DNA from: Tubulanus polymorphus
Taxonomy: Eukaryota; Animalia; Nemertea
Direction of reading: 5' to 3'
Length of the DNA: 64,000 bases
Assembly: GCF_964204645.1 (NCBI RefSeq)
Contig: NC_134025.1
Location: 19,195,101 to 19,259,100, forward strand
Below are positions 45,566 through 59,766 of this stretch, piece by piece (within the stretch, counting starts at the first letter, position 1; every line of letters starts with the position of its first letter). Below the pieces are notes generated by a model. The model worked only from the letters and a program-made list of their open reading frames with translations, made no database searches and had not been told where the DNA came from. The position numbers and the translations under genes are program-made.

Positions 45566-48500
45566 ACTCTAATAATAATATAACAGTCTCTTTCTGCGCG
45601 TAGTTTCTATGGATGTACTGTGCTTCGTATTTTAAACTTGAAGTTACTTAAAGATAACACCGGTGGAAATAGCAATCATCAATCATCAATCATGGCGCGC
45701 ATACTGGTGCGAATCTGAAAGTTAGTGACGTCATTTCATAAATAGATAAATAAGGAAGGCTCCGAGAATATACAAACCACTGGTTACTGTGAATAACTGG
45801 GGTTCGACCATTCACAAGTTAAAGATGTTCTTCCTTGTTTGTGAAGTAAGTTTATTCATGCTGTTATTAAAAGCAGTTCCTTTTAAACATTCTATAATAG
45901 TATAGTTTTGTTCGTGGATATAATACTTTGAAAAATCAACAGCAGTTTATTTATTTACTGTACAGGTACTCGTTTTCTTAATTGAATTGAATTGGTCCGG
46001 TCCAAAAAGCGGGTCATACTAGTTAGCGTCAGAAAATGTCAGCGTCGGTGATACCTTGTTATCGTCGATATTAAACGGTCTAAAGTCAGTTTACACATCA
46101 CATACATTACAAATTGGAGGGCCCTTGTACATGTACATCACATCGTGACGCAGCGGCGATGGTAATGTCATAGAAGAACAAAGTCAGTTGAAAATACCTA
46201 CCCACTGCACCGATATTCAATTTCATATGCGATTTCATATGCGAATTGTAGTCCCCATCTGATCGCTTGACTTGTCACTCCTCTACTAATAGTAACACTA
46301 TAAGGCCTTCCCTCCTGCATAGTTTACCCTATAGGCCAAATTTGTGCTTTGGGCCAAATTCGGTTTTCTTATCTAGTCAACTTATTTTCGGAACTAATTA
46401 TAACCGAATATGCGCTTAAACTGTCACTAGGAAATGGTAGAAACACCGTAGCTTCGTTCTTCTCGATGTTATTTCCCCCAAAACCTGGCACATTAGTACT
46501 TTGCGCGTAGTAGCACATGCGCGTAGTAGCACATGTGGGTCAACATATCCATGTTGTGAGTTGACCCCTAGGTGGCACTCTTTCAAAAAAAAGGAATGTA
46601 ACGAACTGATTCCGGGTGAAATCTTTGCTCGCATTCCTGAACGACATTTTATCCAGAAAGGCAGAAACCGTTGTCGCTGCTTGCAGCTATATTTTCTTAT
46701 TATTCTATGAATTTGTAATAATTCTGTTCACCGATCTGTTTGACTTCTGAATTTGATTTATATATGTTTCATTCTGTACTGATGGGAGATTTATTAGGTC
46801 ATAATAAATCGCTTGTCATATTCATATATCCAAAGCTTCTTGTTTGAATTGTATGGACATCGGACATGGAACAACGCCTTAATCATTGGTCCCTCGAACC
46901 GGATTGCTGTATCTAAGGATAGGTACAGTGGATCGTCACCGTGGATGTGTGATTTAGACTGCAGTTCGGAAGTGAACTATTTGGTAGCTGTGTGTGTTCG
47001 TTTATTCTGGTTTAAGTGAGCGCGCGTAAATCTTTCCAGAATGGAGCGTATGGCACTGAAGACACAGGCTCTTATGCATCAAGTTAGCAGTCTTTTGCAG
47101 ATAGTGAAACCATTTTTTGAAGATTCGTCGAAAACGGTTTCAGCTAAATTAATGAAGTCGAAATTAGCCTCATTACGAGTCTATCAGGAAAAATATGAAG
47201 ACGCTCATGAAATGTTGTTCACGGAGGCAGACGATACCGATACTAAAGCTTTGAACAAATCTTACGATGATTTTCAGTCTCTAGCTTTTCAAGTAGAGTC
47301 AATGATTGATGAAATTATCAACCGTTCACAGCCCGAGACAGCTGAATCAGTTTCACCTAGTCATCAGGAAATTTCACGTATCGTCGCGGAAATTGTTCGT
47401 GTTCAAACTACCACCACCGAGACATCAAGGCTCCCTAACTTGGATATTAAGTCGTTCAGTGGAGGTTACACCGAGTGGTTGGAGTTTTGCGATTCATTCC
47501 AATGTACCGTAGATTGTCGAAAAAATTTGGCTCCTGTAGAGAAGCTGAAATATCTGAAGTCTTGTATGAAAGATAAAGCGGCTAGTTTTATCAAGTCTAT
47601 TGCTCTAAAAGACGAGAATTATTCGATAGCTTGGGATAAGTTGCGTGCGAGATATGACAATAAAAAGGCTATTCGTGACGCGCATTTCGATAAGATTTTC
47701 AGTACCCCAACAATTTCAGCGAGAACTACTTCAGGATTGCGAAAATTAGTTAGTGGAATATACGAAAATGTACAGTCGCTCGAAAACCTTGGTGAAAACG
47801 TTGACAGCTGGGACTCTATATTGATATATATTACGAAGCGTAAGCTAGATCACGATACTCGTTTAGAATGGGAGAGGTCAGTGAAACCAAACGACAATCC
47901 TACATTCTTGTCTATGGTTGAATATGTGAATAGCTTCGCTTGTGCTATAGAATCATCAGACAGTCGACCCACATGCACTGACCATTCGAGTGTCAAAGCT
48001 TTTCATACGTCAACCCAAAGTGAGGAATGCTATCTATGTAAAGGGAGGCACCATTTACCGCATTGTTCGGATTTTCTAAAGCTTACGTCTGAGTTGAGAA
48101 GACAGAAGGTTGCTGACCTAAAAATATGTTTTAACTGTTTGTCACCGAGACATTATGTTTCAAGGTGTTCAAAGTCGGTTAGCTGTAAAAATTGTAAAAA
48201 GAAGCATCATCCGTTAAAAGAAGCATTATCCGTTAAGAAGCATCATCAAGATGTTAATGTGTCAGCGGACAATGCTACTGTTACGAGCTCTGAAAATGTT
48301 TCTAGCCATTTTTCCGCATTGAAGAAATGTGAGGTTTTATTAGCTACCGTAGTTGCGAATGTCCGATCTACTGATGGAACTTTGATTCCGTGCCGGGTAT
48401 TAATCGACCCAGGTTCACAGCGCAGTTTTATGAGATATTCGTTTGCGAAGCGTTTGAAGCTATCAACGAGGACTGTTGCCGATATATCCGTCAATGGCAT

Positions 48501-49302
48501 TGGAGATAGCTCTCCTGGTCATGTATGCGACATAATAACTTGTCACTCGTCTCCAGTACTTTCGAATGACCATAGTGTCACCGTTGAAGCATTTTTGATG
48601 GAGCGTGTACCTTCAATGATCCCCAGTGAAAATGTGAACCTTGAACATTATTCGAAGTTAATGAATCTACCGCTTGCTGATATGTGTCTTCAAAGGCCGA
48701 GTGAGATCGATCTATTGCTTGATGCCGACGTTTATACTTATTTGTTACCTGAAGACACGGATGTCAAAAGATTCAGTGGATTATGTGCGCAGAAAACAAT
48801 TTTCGGATATGTTCTAATCGGAGAGGTGTCTAACGTGGATTCTGAAGTTGCATCAGTGTGTTCTCATTACGCTAGTGAAGAAACAACGACGAGTACTGAT
48901 TACCTATTGAAATGTTTTTGGGAGATCGAAAACATTCCTAGTACAGCTGCTTTATCACAAGAAGAAAAGATTTGTGAAAATCATTTTGAAGAAACGACTG
49001 TTCGAAATTCTGATGGCAGATATACCGTTTCTCTCCCGTTTCGCGATGGTACAACTCTTGGGGAAAGTAGAACTCAAGCTGTTAATCGCCAGAAGGCTCT
49101 TGAACGCAGGTTGGACTACAATCCGCAGTTAAAGCAGGAGTATTGTAAAACTGTTACAGAATATATTGAGTTGGGTCACGCGGAATTGGTAAATAACGTG
49201 TTGAAAGACTCATGCGATGTTTATTATTTACCTCATCATTGCGTTTTGAAGGAAAGTAGTACGACCACAAAGCTTCGTGTTGTATTCGATGCTTCGGCTA
49301 AA

Positions 49303-50084
49303 CGGTATTCGAAAAACGCCTAATGAAAAACACCGAATCGGAAAACGCATAACGCCTGATTCAAGTAACATCCAAGAAATTGACCTAAATCCCTACGTGA
49401 ATTATGTACGCAACGCTACATAGTTCACGTCGGAGTGCGTGGAGCGCCGCCTGTTCCATCTTCGTTTCTACTGTCTTTGGTTACACAGGCTTATCTGTGT
49501 TATTATTTCATATTAAGACAGAGTATTATGATAATAAAAGACATCATATTTTTTATATGGAACATATAGTTTATTATTTTTTGTTCAAGGAAGTTCAGGG
49601 GCTGGACATTATTTAGTCTCTCATTGGTTCGGTAGGTTCACATAAACGTGGTTGTGAACAGTTTTGGAGGATAATTTTGAGAAAGGCTATTTTATCAGTC
49701 TTTGTGTGCGTTGTACCTACGAGCGTAGGTTGTACCATATTTATGCATTCCAGTTTCAAAATTCAAGAAAGCCGGTTTATAACCGCGGCGTTTGTTTTCG
49801 CGTTATCATAGAAGTGTAAACTGTTTCAGTTTACACTTCTATGGCGTTATGTAATTAATTGCTTGCACTGCGGACATTCTATCATCATCCTATAATGAAG
49901 TTTATTAGAGTGGTAGTCTCGTTTCGTGAAGCGTAAAACACATGTATTTTCAAACTGTTCCGTTGATGAGTTGGATTGTGAGTCTCAGTAGATGGTGCAA
50001 TTACGAAATTAGGTCATTTTCTAGGAATTAGGCGTTATGCGTTTTCCGATTCGGTGTATTTCATTAGGCGTTTTTCGAGTACCG
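49303..50084. mobile_element. MITE with long TIRs and 9-bp TSD (Mutator-like)
   Basis: cggtattcgaaaaacgcctaatgaaa / tttcattaggcgtttttcgagtaccg; TSD TCGGCTAAA; interrupts FDASAK. Confidence 0.85.
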
Positions 50085-50955
50085 TCGGCTAAAACATCGA
50101 CTGGTATTTCACTTAACGACCGGTTGATGGTTGGACCTCGTGTGCAGCAGGATTTATTGAAAATTATTTTGCGTTTCCGGATACATCCGAGCATGGATAA
50201 AGTTGCGGCTAAATCAAAAGTGGCACCAGTTAAAAAAGTGTCAATACCCCGTCTCGAGTTATGTGCTGCTCATTTACTGTCAAAGTTATTGGAATACATT
50301 TTAGCTGCAATGCATCCAATTCGTAAACCAGACATCTATGCGTGGTCTTATTCTTCGGTTACTCTTGATTGGATTTGTGGAGATTCTCGGCGCTGGAAAC
50401 CATTTGTTGCGAACCGTGTTAGTGCTATACAGGACGTAATTAGCCCATGTCAATGGTGATATTGTCCTTCTGATGTGAACCCATCTGATTGCGCCTCACG
50501 AAGTATCATGCCAGCTGATCTTCATTACCATGCGTTATGGTGGAACGGTCCTACCTGGTCACAATCTGGAGAATGGCCCGACCAGCGTCGTCCGTATAGT
50601 TAAAGAGATTCAGTGTGCGAAATGAAAAAGAATGTTGTTCATTGCACCGTAGCGACAGTTGATAGTGCGTTAAAGATGGAATTATTTCCGTACTCCAGTC
50701 TATCTAAGTTAATCAGGATTTCGGCGTGGTGTTTTCGGTGGATCTTTAAAAAAGGATCTAATGCGCATTTAACCGTCGATGAAATACGAAGCTCTCTTGC
50801 GTTTTGGATTAAATCCGTGCAAAAAGATCATTTCAACGCTGAAATAGGTCTCCAGCATGAAAAACCGATATGCAATCGCAGCAAAATCAAACAATTGAAT
50901 CCGTATCTCGACACTCAAGGCATACTTCGTGTTGGCGGAAGATTGAGTGAAGCGC

Positions 50956-51268
50956 CAGACGCGGATCTAGGGAGGGGACCCGGGCCCCTCCCTCCTTTAA
51001 GTGAAGATCGTTTTTTTCGACCGACCTCCCGCCACTCGCTTAATATTAACGCCGCGCTGTGTAGTATTTGTCATGAATTTTTGCCTCAGAATGCAGGAAA
51101 TGGCCCCAAAACAGAGTTAAATTTCAAAAATTTTACCAGACCCCACAGGGGCTTCGCGCCGCGCGTAGGAACGTCTCGCGCCTACGCCCTCGGTGTCAAT
51201 ACAGTATCATCATAGCTACATTTATTCGGTGCCTCCCCCCTCTAAATTGGGCTCTAGATCCGCCCCTG
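50956..51268. mobile_element. Short MITE
   Basis: cagacgcggatctag / ctagatccgcccctg termini; AGCGC on both flanks. Confidence 0.7.
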
Positions 51269-52321
51269 AGCGCGTTTGTTATACAGTATACCGAATCTCA
51301 TCCCGCGATATTGCCTAAAAAATATTCCTTGGTGAACTTGATTCTTGATTCCGAGCATCGAATAAACTTACACGCTGGTCCTCAATTAATGTTAGCGTGT
51401 ATTCGGCGTAAATATTGGATTCTTGGAGCTCGTGATGTTATACGAAATTGGGTGCATCAATGTGTTGTGTGTCGTCGTAACAAGGCAACCTTATAAGGTA
51501 CTGCAGCTTATATAATACTGCAGCAATTAATGGGTGTTTTGCCTAAAGATCGTGTCGTTCCAGTTCCAGTGTTTTATAAGACTGGCGTTGATTATGCTGG
51601 CCCGGTGCTAGTAAAAAGCGGTCGTGGACGTGGGAAAAAATCTGAAAAAGCGTGGATAGCGATTTTCGTATGCTTTGCTACAAAGGCCGATCATATTGAG
51701 TTGGTCAGTTCGCTGTCTTCTGAGGCCTTTCTCGCTGCGTTAAAACGCTTTGTTGCCAGGCGCGGTAACCACATTCAATTTATAGCGACATAACAATGGA
51801 ACCAACTTCATTGGAGCGGATCGAGAGATGAAAAGAGACTTTGTGAATTTTCTTCGTGAAGTTAACCCAATAATCATCAAGGATATGCAATCTGATGATA
51901 TAATTTGGAATTTCAACCCTCCGTTAGCCAGCCACTTTGGTGGACTTTGGGAAGCAGGCGTAAAAAGCATCAAATATCATCTTTCGCGATCGGTTGGTGC
52001 TTCGCAGTTAACGTTTGAAGAACTTGCGACAGTTCTCACTCAAATTGAGGCATGTTTAAATTCTAGGCCATTAACTCCGATGTCAAGTGATCCGTCAGAC
52101 CTCAGTGTTTTAACGCCTGGTCACTTTTTAGTAAACCGACCCGTGAACGCGATTCCAGAGCCGAACCTCTTGGAGGTCCCTATTAATCGGTTAAATCGAT
52201 GACAACACTTGTAGTACTTAGGTCAACATTTCTGGAAACGTTGGGCCCAAGAATATCTGTCAATGTTACAGCAGATGCCGAAATGGCAGTCTGAACGTCG
52301 AGATCTTGAAATTGGCGATTT

Positions 52322-53845
52322 GGCACCATTGCACTTTCGTACCCCCCTCCCAAAAATGTTTATTTTAGCATATCATTTATCAGTGAGGTCAGTAAATCAG
52401 TAATTTTTAGCCAAAAAAACTTACTTTTTTGGGTCAAAATATTATTTTGGGCCTGAATTAGAGCCGTTTTTCGACCGAAAGAGACGCCATATTGGTTTCT
52501 CCGATTCGACAGTTGTGCTAACTACCGCCAAAAACCGTCCTATGGAGCATTCCCACGTATGGAGCGCTCCGACTACGGTCACAGAACGGACACGTGCGAC
52601 GCGCGCCGATTGACACTGCAGCCCGCCCACGCATCGCTTGCTAATCGGGATCGGTTAAATTAGAGTTATATGATATTTTGTGGCTTGGAGGTGTACAGCA
52701 CGACGATGCAAGCGAGGTTTTAGTATTCGACGCGGGAGTTTTTTCGAGAAGTCATATCTTCACTTGTGGCAGCTGCTGGGGCTCAACTACATCTGGAGCC
52801 GAAGTGCTGGTTCAAGCCATGGCATGGGTGTTGCCGACACCATGCGCGAGCTTGAAATACAGTCGGAGCACACCATCGTCGATTGGAATCAGTTCTGCCA
52901 CGATGTCTGTGTATCCTACTTCGTTAATCATCCGACACAGTTTGGTGGACCAGGTAGACTGGTAGAAATAGACGAATCACTTTTTGCTCTGCGAAAATAT
53001 AACCAGGGACGAATAGTGGCAGATAAGTGGATATTCGGTGGCTACGAGGCAGAGACGAAACAAGGTTTCCTTGTTCCGGTACCCAGGAGAGATGCTGCCA
53101 CGCTGTTGCCAATCATACAACGATGGATTCGTCCCGGCTCCACCATATGGTCTGATATGTGGCAGGCATATAATCGGATTGGCCAGCTGGGGTACCAACA
53201 CGGTACAGTCAACCATGCGGTCAGCTTCGTCGATCCAGCCACAGCCGTAACGACGAACCGTGTGGAGGCGATGTGGCAGCGAGCGAAGGCGAAATTTAAA
53301 GCGATGGCTGGCCCGTCAAATCGCGCGATGATACCTGATTACCTAGCCGAATTCATGCGGGTCCAACGTTTTGGTGATCATGCCTATTTCAACTTTTGGA
53401 ATCAGATAGCAACTGATCTTTACGTCGTCTAGTCCCTCTGTAATCCTCCCGTCAAAACGGCCCTTTCAAGGGCCAACCTAAATATCCAAGAAATAGCTGG
53501 CTATGCCTGAACCACTAGCTTGCTTCATTAAAATAATCCATATGAAAATACACTGTTGTAACACTCCCGAAAACCACGATCCCGCAGTTTTCTCTGTCCG
53601 AAAGTAGGAGTGCTCCATAGGACGGTTTTCGGCGGTAGTTAGCACAACTATGGAGTCGGAGAAACCAATATGGCGTCTCATTCGGTCGAAAAACGGCTCT
53701 AATTCAGGCCCAAAATATTAAAATTTTGACCCCAAAAAGTAAGTTTATTTGGATAAAACTTACTGATTTTTATTCCCAAGACCTCACTGATAAATAATAT
53801 GCTAAAATAAACATTTTGGGAGGGGTACGAAAGTGCAATAGCGCC
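52322..53845 (+). mobile_element. Merlin (IS1595/IS1016-related) DNA transposon
   Basis: ~235-bp TIRs beginning GGCACCATTGCACTTTCGTACCCC, 8-bp TSD GGCGATTT; related terminus at ~2250-2283. Confidence 0.9.
52680..53432 (+). CDS. ISXO2/IS1595-type DDE transposase, N-terminus missing
   Basis: WRC...C..SIRRGSFF, VEIDES, IWSDMW.AY, VNH..FVDP, NRVEAMW, YLAEF; no ATG at the start. Confidence 0.88.
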   Translation: MAWRCTARRCKRGFSIRRGSFFEKSYLHLWQLLGLNYIWSRSAGSSHGMGVADTMRELEIQSEHTIVDWNQFCHDVCVSYFVNHPTQFGGPGRLVEIDESLFALRKYNQGRIVADKWIFGGYEAETKQGFLVPVPRRDAATLLPIIQRWIRPGSTIWSDMWQAYNRIGQLGYQHGTVNHAVSFVDPATAVTTNRVEAMWQRAKAKFKAMAGPSNRAMIPDYLAEFMRVQRFGDHAYFNFWNQIATDLYVV

Positions 53846-54469
53846 GGCGATTTGGTTTTGGTCGCAGATAAGCAGTTACCGCCTACGAAATGGTTAATGG
53901 CTCGCGTAGTAGATTTGCACTGTGGCAAAGACGGGCATGTGAGAGTTGTATCGGTTAAAACCAAAAATGGAATATTTCGTCGACCTATTACAAAGTTGTC
54001 GTTACTGTTAGAAAATAGAATTTGAATTGTTCATTGTGTTATTTGCTAATGAATTTCAATTTTGGCTTTCATAACGTAAGCAGTCGTAGTATTGTTTGAT
54101 AGTTTAAAACATTTCTATGTTTAATGTTTCAAGGCTGAGGCTATGTTTGGTACCATATTGTGGAATATTTTGTTACATTTTTTATTCTGTTTTGTGCTTA
54201 TTTCATTATGCCATATTTTCTTATTATTCTATTAATTTGTAATAATTCTGTTCACCGATTTGTTTGACTTCTGAATTTGATTTATATATGTTTCATTCTG
54301 TATTGTTGTCGCTTGTCGACCTTGGAGATTTATTAGGTCATAATAAATCGCTTGTCATATCCATATATCAAAAGCTTCTTATTTGAATTGTATGGACATC
54401 GGACATGGAACAACGCCTTAATCAATAGAATTACAAGAGGGTTTTCGATGAAAGTCAGAAAACCCTAAT

Positions 54470-54620
54470 TAGAAACATTACGTGTTAAATAAAAATTGGT
54501 CCTGCAGCTATGATATTTACATTTTTGAAGGTACAACATTAGAAGATTATAGTAAAGTTATTGAAATAATGGAAAAAATAATGGATTTTGTAATAGATGT
54601 TGAATATCCAAGAATAAGTC
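54470..54620 (+). pseudogene. Short fragment of AT-rich Polinton polB 5' region
   Basis: aaaattggtcctgcagcta..gaagattatagtaaa..gatgttgaatatcca matches 12270-12415. Confidence 0.7.
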
Positions 54621-55238
54621 TTTAAAGGGTAACTGAAACTTTTTTAAAGATTTCCTATTTTTTACACTAAACGATATATTATAGTATACAATAAGGCTAG
54701 GTGATTTCATAATTGGAAAAATCTTTTCAATCTAGTCAGAATTGATGTTCAGTGTATACATTGCTTCTGCCGAACGCGTGGTACCGTGTCTATAAATAGA
54801 ACTACGTCACTAAAGTGACGGCTCGGCAATGATGTCTATAGAAATGAATAGGAAATAAGCTACAAGAGCAATTCCACTTAATTTTATACCTATTTGGCAT
54901 TCGAATTGAGACAAAATGCCTCTTGATTTTGAAAGTCTACATATCAATGATTATAATTAGCTGTTGAACAGACCATATCCGTTCAAACTAAGCGCAGAAA
55001 TAGGATTTGAATAGCAATCTATGGCATTTTCTAGTAAACAGCAAGGAACACGGATGTTTAAATCATCATGGTTAGATCTAAGAATATTTTGACATGAACT
55101 GATGAAACTTAGACAGAATTAGCCACTGATGAAACTTAGACAGAATTAGCCGCAAGAACAATTTCAATTCTTTTCTTGAAATATACCTCGTATTGGTAGC
55201 ACCTTTGGTCACAAAATTAGAATATTTCCTCATCCATC

Positions 55239-55988
55239 TAGTCTGAATACCAGTCGTTGTTACGGTTCCCTACAACGTCTGACGCATATAGAGGTTAACT
55301 CCTGTTAATTGCAATGCAACAACTGATTGTAGTGTCAAATCAAACCTTTGTACTAAAATAAATCAATTAGTTACCTTGTTGACTTTGAAAACGTGTTTTA
55401 TGATAATATTTTTGATTATTTAAATCGCGAACCAGAGAATTTATTGATTTGATTTGAATTGAATTGATTGCCACTATCGGGATTTCCAATACGGACTAAA
55501 TTAATAAAATGTGAAAAATTCAATATGTCTCTCTAAAATTACTCTAAATGTTATTTTTTGTTGATGAAACGCATAAATTTTGGTCAATTTTAACCTTAAG
55601 AATTTGAAACAAGAATAATGTCTGCATTGACATCAATAATGTCAGTCCAAGTTCAAGTCCAAATCCGTAATTTACACTCCCCTCATGCACCACGAAAAGC
55701 CGCCATATTTGTTATGTTGCTCACTTAAACCATTTTTTGAGGCGACAAGTCAAAAGTTATGAGCTACTACGATCGTCAAAAGCTACTTAGGATTACAAAT
55801 CTATGCACAAACAATAGGTAACTTCCGTCTGATTACAGAACAGTCAGTTTGAGGTAAGTTGATGGTGTTTTAAGGGGTGAAATAGACGCTCAAAGCCTCG
55901 TCCCTCAAAATGAGGGACGAAAATTAACCTTATATGAGCACTTTCGCCCTAGACGTTGTTTCTGGAACAACGGCTAGGTACTAGACTA
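55239..55988. mobile_element. Copy of the TAGTCT-ended 9-bp-TSD element
   Basis: TSD TCATCCATC; reverse complement of 2663-3436; mirrored at 62619-63368. Confidence 0.8.
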
Positions 55989-56458
55989 TCATCCATCCTA
56001 TTTAAAACTTAGAAATAATGTTTGTGAAAGATTTGTGATGTAATCTATCAAAACTCTTCTGCAGCGTGAAACTTTAATCGAAAAACATTATTCCTTTGAA
56101 TATTTGTTGTAAAGGCTGTAGAAATTTATTGAAAGTTTTTGTAAAGTTTTGAAGTGTTAGTTTTATAAACTACTGAGTCTTAAATGACTATGAAAAATAA
56201 TAAATAGTAAACGAATATGAATCTATTCATATTCATAATGTCATTCAACATGGCGGCAATGTGGTAGCCAGTCCCATGACGCTCCGTTCATAAAGTCGTC
56301 AGAAGTGCAGCTCAACTGTTCATGATCGTGATCGTCATCGTCACTGTACGGATTTAAGTCACTGTCGTCATTCTCGTATGTATGATCATTTCAATTTGTT
56401 CGTCAAATGTTCGTTTGATCGTGAAAGGATCGCTTAATAAATAGTTCAGCCGCGCAAA

Positions 56459-59400
56459 ATGGGTAGGAAACGAAGAAAAAACAACTCTTGCGAGATCTTT
56501 GAGCAGTCCTCCTCCACCACATCAGACGATAAAAAGAAGCAGAAAACAGCTAGTCGCAACTGAACTGGTGATGACGATGTGTTTACTGACAGAACATCTA
56601 AGAGTTCAAATGAGCCATCTCTTGCTCAGGAATTAATTGAGGCAAATGTAATGGAAGCTTTATCGTCCGATAGCATCAAGAACTTAATAACGTTGATAGT
56701 AAAATCCACTCTAGTACAATTTAAAAGCGACATTCAACAAATCATCGAAGACAAGTTTGACAAACTACATTCCATGCTTTTCGACCAGGGCAAATCAATC
56801 GACAACCTTCAAACATCCATAAACGATAAAATTCAATCACTAAGTTCGGAGATTGAAATAGTCAAAACCAAATTTAAAGCTCCGAATACGATAACAGCGT
56901 CTTCAAATCAAATTCAGCAACAGAGGAACTCGAGATGTATACTCGGCGCAACTCGTTACGAATCTTCAATTTGATAGAAGTAGACAATGAGGATTGCCTA
57001 TCGAAATGCATTAATATATTCAAAACAAAACTAGATACAATAGTCGAACCTCTACAAATAGATCGGATTCATCGCGTCGGAAGAAAATCTAGAGACCCCC
57101 GGAAGCCGAGACCAATGATTGTCAAATTCGCCCGACACTTAGATAAAGTGAACATTCTAAAAAATCGACGCAAACTAAAAAGTTCGAAAATTTCGATATC
57201 CGAAGACTGTTAAATTTCTATATAAAAACGAATAAGTATCGGCAGTGTGGTCACTGGATGGGAAGGTATGGGCCATCATCGATGACATCAAAATTCATTT
57301 ATGTGGTTATGCGGACTTCGAGAAAACAATACAATCAACGAGCGAGTAAACTGTAGTGTCTTTATGATCTTTACGATGAACTGTTCCGAAAAGCGTATAT
57401 AAATATATAAACTACTGAGTAGGTCATTCATTCGTAGATCAATATATTGTGTACCATGTAAACCATGTCCATAAAGCAGTCATGCATTTCTGACCTATAC
57501 TCATACATCCAAGTTCTGGAATTGTATTTATATTTATATTTATATTTATTTATTTATTTTATAATTATTTTTTATTCTTTACCCTGATTCATAATCCTTA
57601 TTTGACCGTGGTATGAATTAATTAAACATGTGTCTCGGTAACACAAACTTTTTTACATATTTAGACAGATTAAAGGAAAATGAAAATTTTCAGCTCAACA
57701 ATTTACTAGATAATGATAGTGAATTGGAAATGTTCAGTAATCAATGCCCATACCTCAAATTGCACGAGTTAAAAAACCATTTCAGTATGAATACGAATAA
57801 CCTTAATATAATTCAACTTAACATACATAGTCTTATCAACAAATTTGACCAACTCAAAATATTGATTGAAAAACTTAAATCCCAAAATGTTACCATTGAC
57901 ATCATGAAAGAATGAAAAGTGCGAAATGATATTAGGAATGGACCAAAATCTATATTATATGAACATTAATCATCATAAAAACACTTCCAAATTTTTGTAT
58001 AACAATTTATCAAATAATCTTTTTCCAACTATTTTACGGCCAACTAGAATAACACACGCGACAGCCACGTTAATTGACAATATATATCTCTCTCCGGCGC
58101 TGAGTTCTGATCATCAATGTGCTATCCTGATTTCACACCTGTCTGATCATTTACCATGTCTCGTGACCGTGTGTTGTAAACGAAAACCTTCAACAACCAG
58201 TAAACATTATACTCGGAATTTTAATACCCGAATATCGATAGGATAAATCGTGTGCTTTCTCAACTAGACTGGACTCCTGTCAACCTGCTCGATTGTAATG
58301 GTTGTTACGATTTCATTAAGTCGCATATAAATTTAATCATACCCGTATCCCCACTAATAGAACTTAAGAAGAAAGTTCATATTTACGAACCATGGATGTC
58401 TAAATCAATTTTAAAATGCTCTAAGAAATGCGATCAACTTTATAAAAAAGTATTGAATCTGGACAAATCTGACCAACGTTATAAAAACTATATTCTTTAC
58501 AGAAATAATTTAAATTACATTACAAGGCGTCAAAAGAAATCGTACTATGCAAACAAAATTGGATTATTTTCCAATTATAGTGCAAATTATGGCAATTTTC
58601 GAAGCAATCCACAGGTAAAGTAAATGACAAATCAGGGATCCCTAATAAATTCATCATCGATAATAAACTTGTTGAGGAACCTAAATCAATAAGCCAACAA
58701 TTTTGTAACTTCTTGATTGGTAGCTCTTATGCAAATGAATGTCCAAGTTCTAAAAACAATTTTTCAACTTACATGGGGGCAAGGAATGCCCACTCAATCT
58801 TTTAAATCCAACCAACAAGTAGGAAATCTTGAGGATTATCAACAACCTAGCCCCCAAAAAAGACCACTGGTGGTAATGACTTACTGAATAATAGAATGCT
58901 TAAACTAATTATATCCAATATTATCGATCCTCTGACAATTCTCTGCAATAAATCCCTTCAGGATGGTATATTTCCAGATAGTATGAAAATTTATCAGGTA
59001 ATTCCTCTATATAAAAATGGAAAGAAACAGCTCCTTAATAACTACAGACCAATATCTTTACTTCCGGTCATGTCGAAAATACTAGAAAAATTAGTTCACA
59101 ATAGACTTATTATGCAAATTTTTATGCAAACATTACATACTGAATAACAGCCAATATGGATTTCGACCAAAACACTCTACTACTCACGCAATCACAGAAT
59201 TTACAGGCTCTATATTACAAAATCTTGAAAAGGGGGATCACTCCCTTGGCCTCTTTCTGGACTTATCTGAGGCTTTTGACTCCCTCGATATCAACAAATT
59301 ATTATTTAAATTATCCCACTATGGTATTCGAGGTCATGCCTATAATTGGTTCAAATCATATTTATGCAATCGTAAAATGTTTGTTAAATTCAATAATGTT

Positions 59401-59500
59401 TACTCTTCCTATAATACCGTTTCATTTGGTGTCCCACAGGGATTGGTCCTTGGGCCCTTACTTTTTCTTATTTATGTCAATGATCTTAATCGCAACCTCA
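56459..59500 (+). mobile_element. CR1/L2-group LINE, decayed, 3' truncated
   Basis: ORF1 YTRRNSLRIF..IDRIHRVG..PRPMIVKF; APE QLNIHSL, PTRIT..LIDNI, SDHLP; RT YRPISLLP, QYGFR, GVPQGLVLGPLLFLIYVNDL. Confidence 0.88.
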
Positions 59501-59539
59501 GAGTGCAGGGGAATGTGCAGTTATACTTACGTAAATAAT

Positions 59540-59728
59540 GCTATTAATAATAATAATGCTAACAATAATAATAATGCTAATCAATAATGACAATAATAAT
59601 ATTGACAATAATAAAAATAGTAATAATGATGACAACAATAACATTTATATATACAAATACAATGATAATCATAATTACGACAATATACTATAACCATTAC
59701 CATTTCAGTAATTTAGGTAAAGATACTC

Positions 59729-59766
<38 letters not shown>

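Larger units (their letters stand above)
47041..54025 (+). pseudogene. BEL/Pao gag-pol polyprotein
   Basis: FSGGYTEWLEF, Cys/His knuckles, protease LIDPGSQ, YYLPHH..KLRVVFDAS, IPRLELCAA, GVDYAGP, GGLWEAGVKS, RRPITKL; most of RT deleted. Confidence 0.92.
46689..54424 (+). mobile_element. BEL/Pao LTR retrotransposon, decayed, with nested insertions
   Basis: Partial 5' LTR 46689-46885 matches 3' LTR 54144-54424 (TG..CA); PBS TGGTCCCTCGAACCGGAT; gag-PR-RT-RNaseH-integrase order. Confidence 0.92.

Noticed and set aside
52680-53432. Bacterial IS contamination or recent horizontal transfer
   Set aside because: Inserted with a TSD inside a eukaryotic BEL element; fits the known eukaryotic Merlin superfamily
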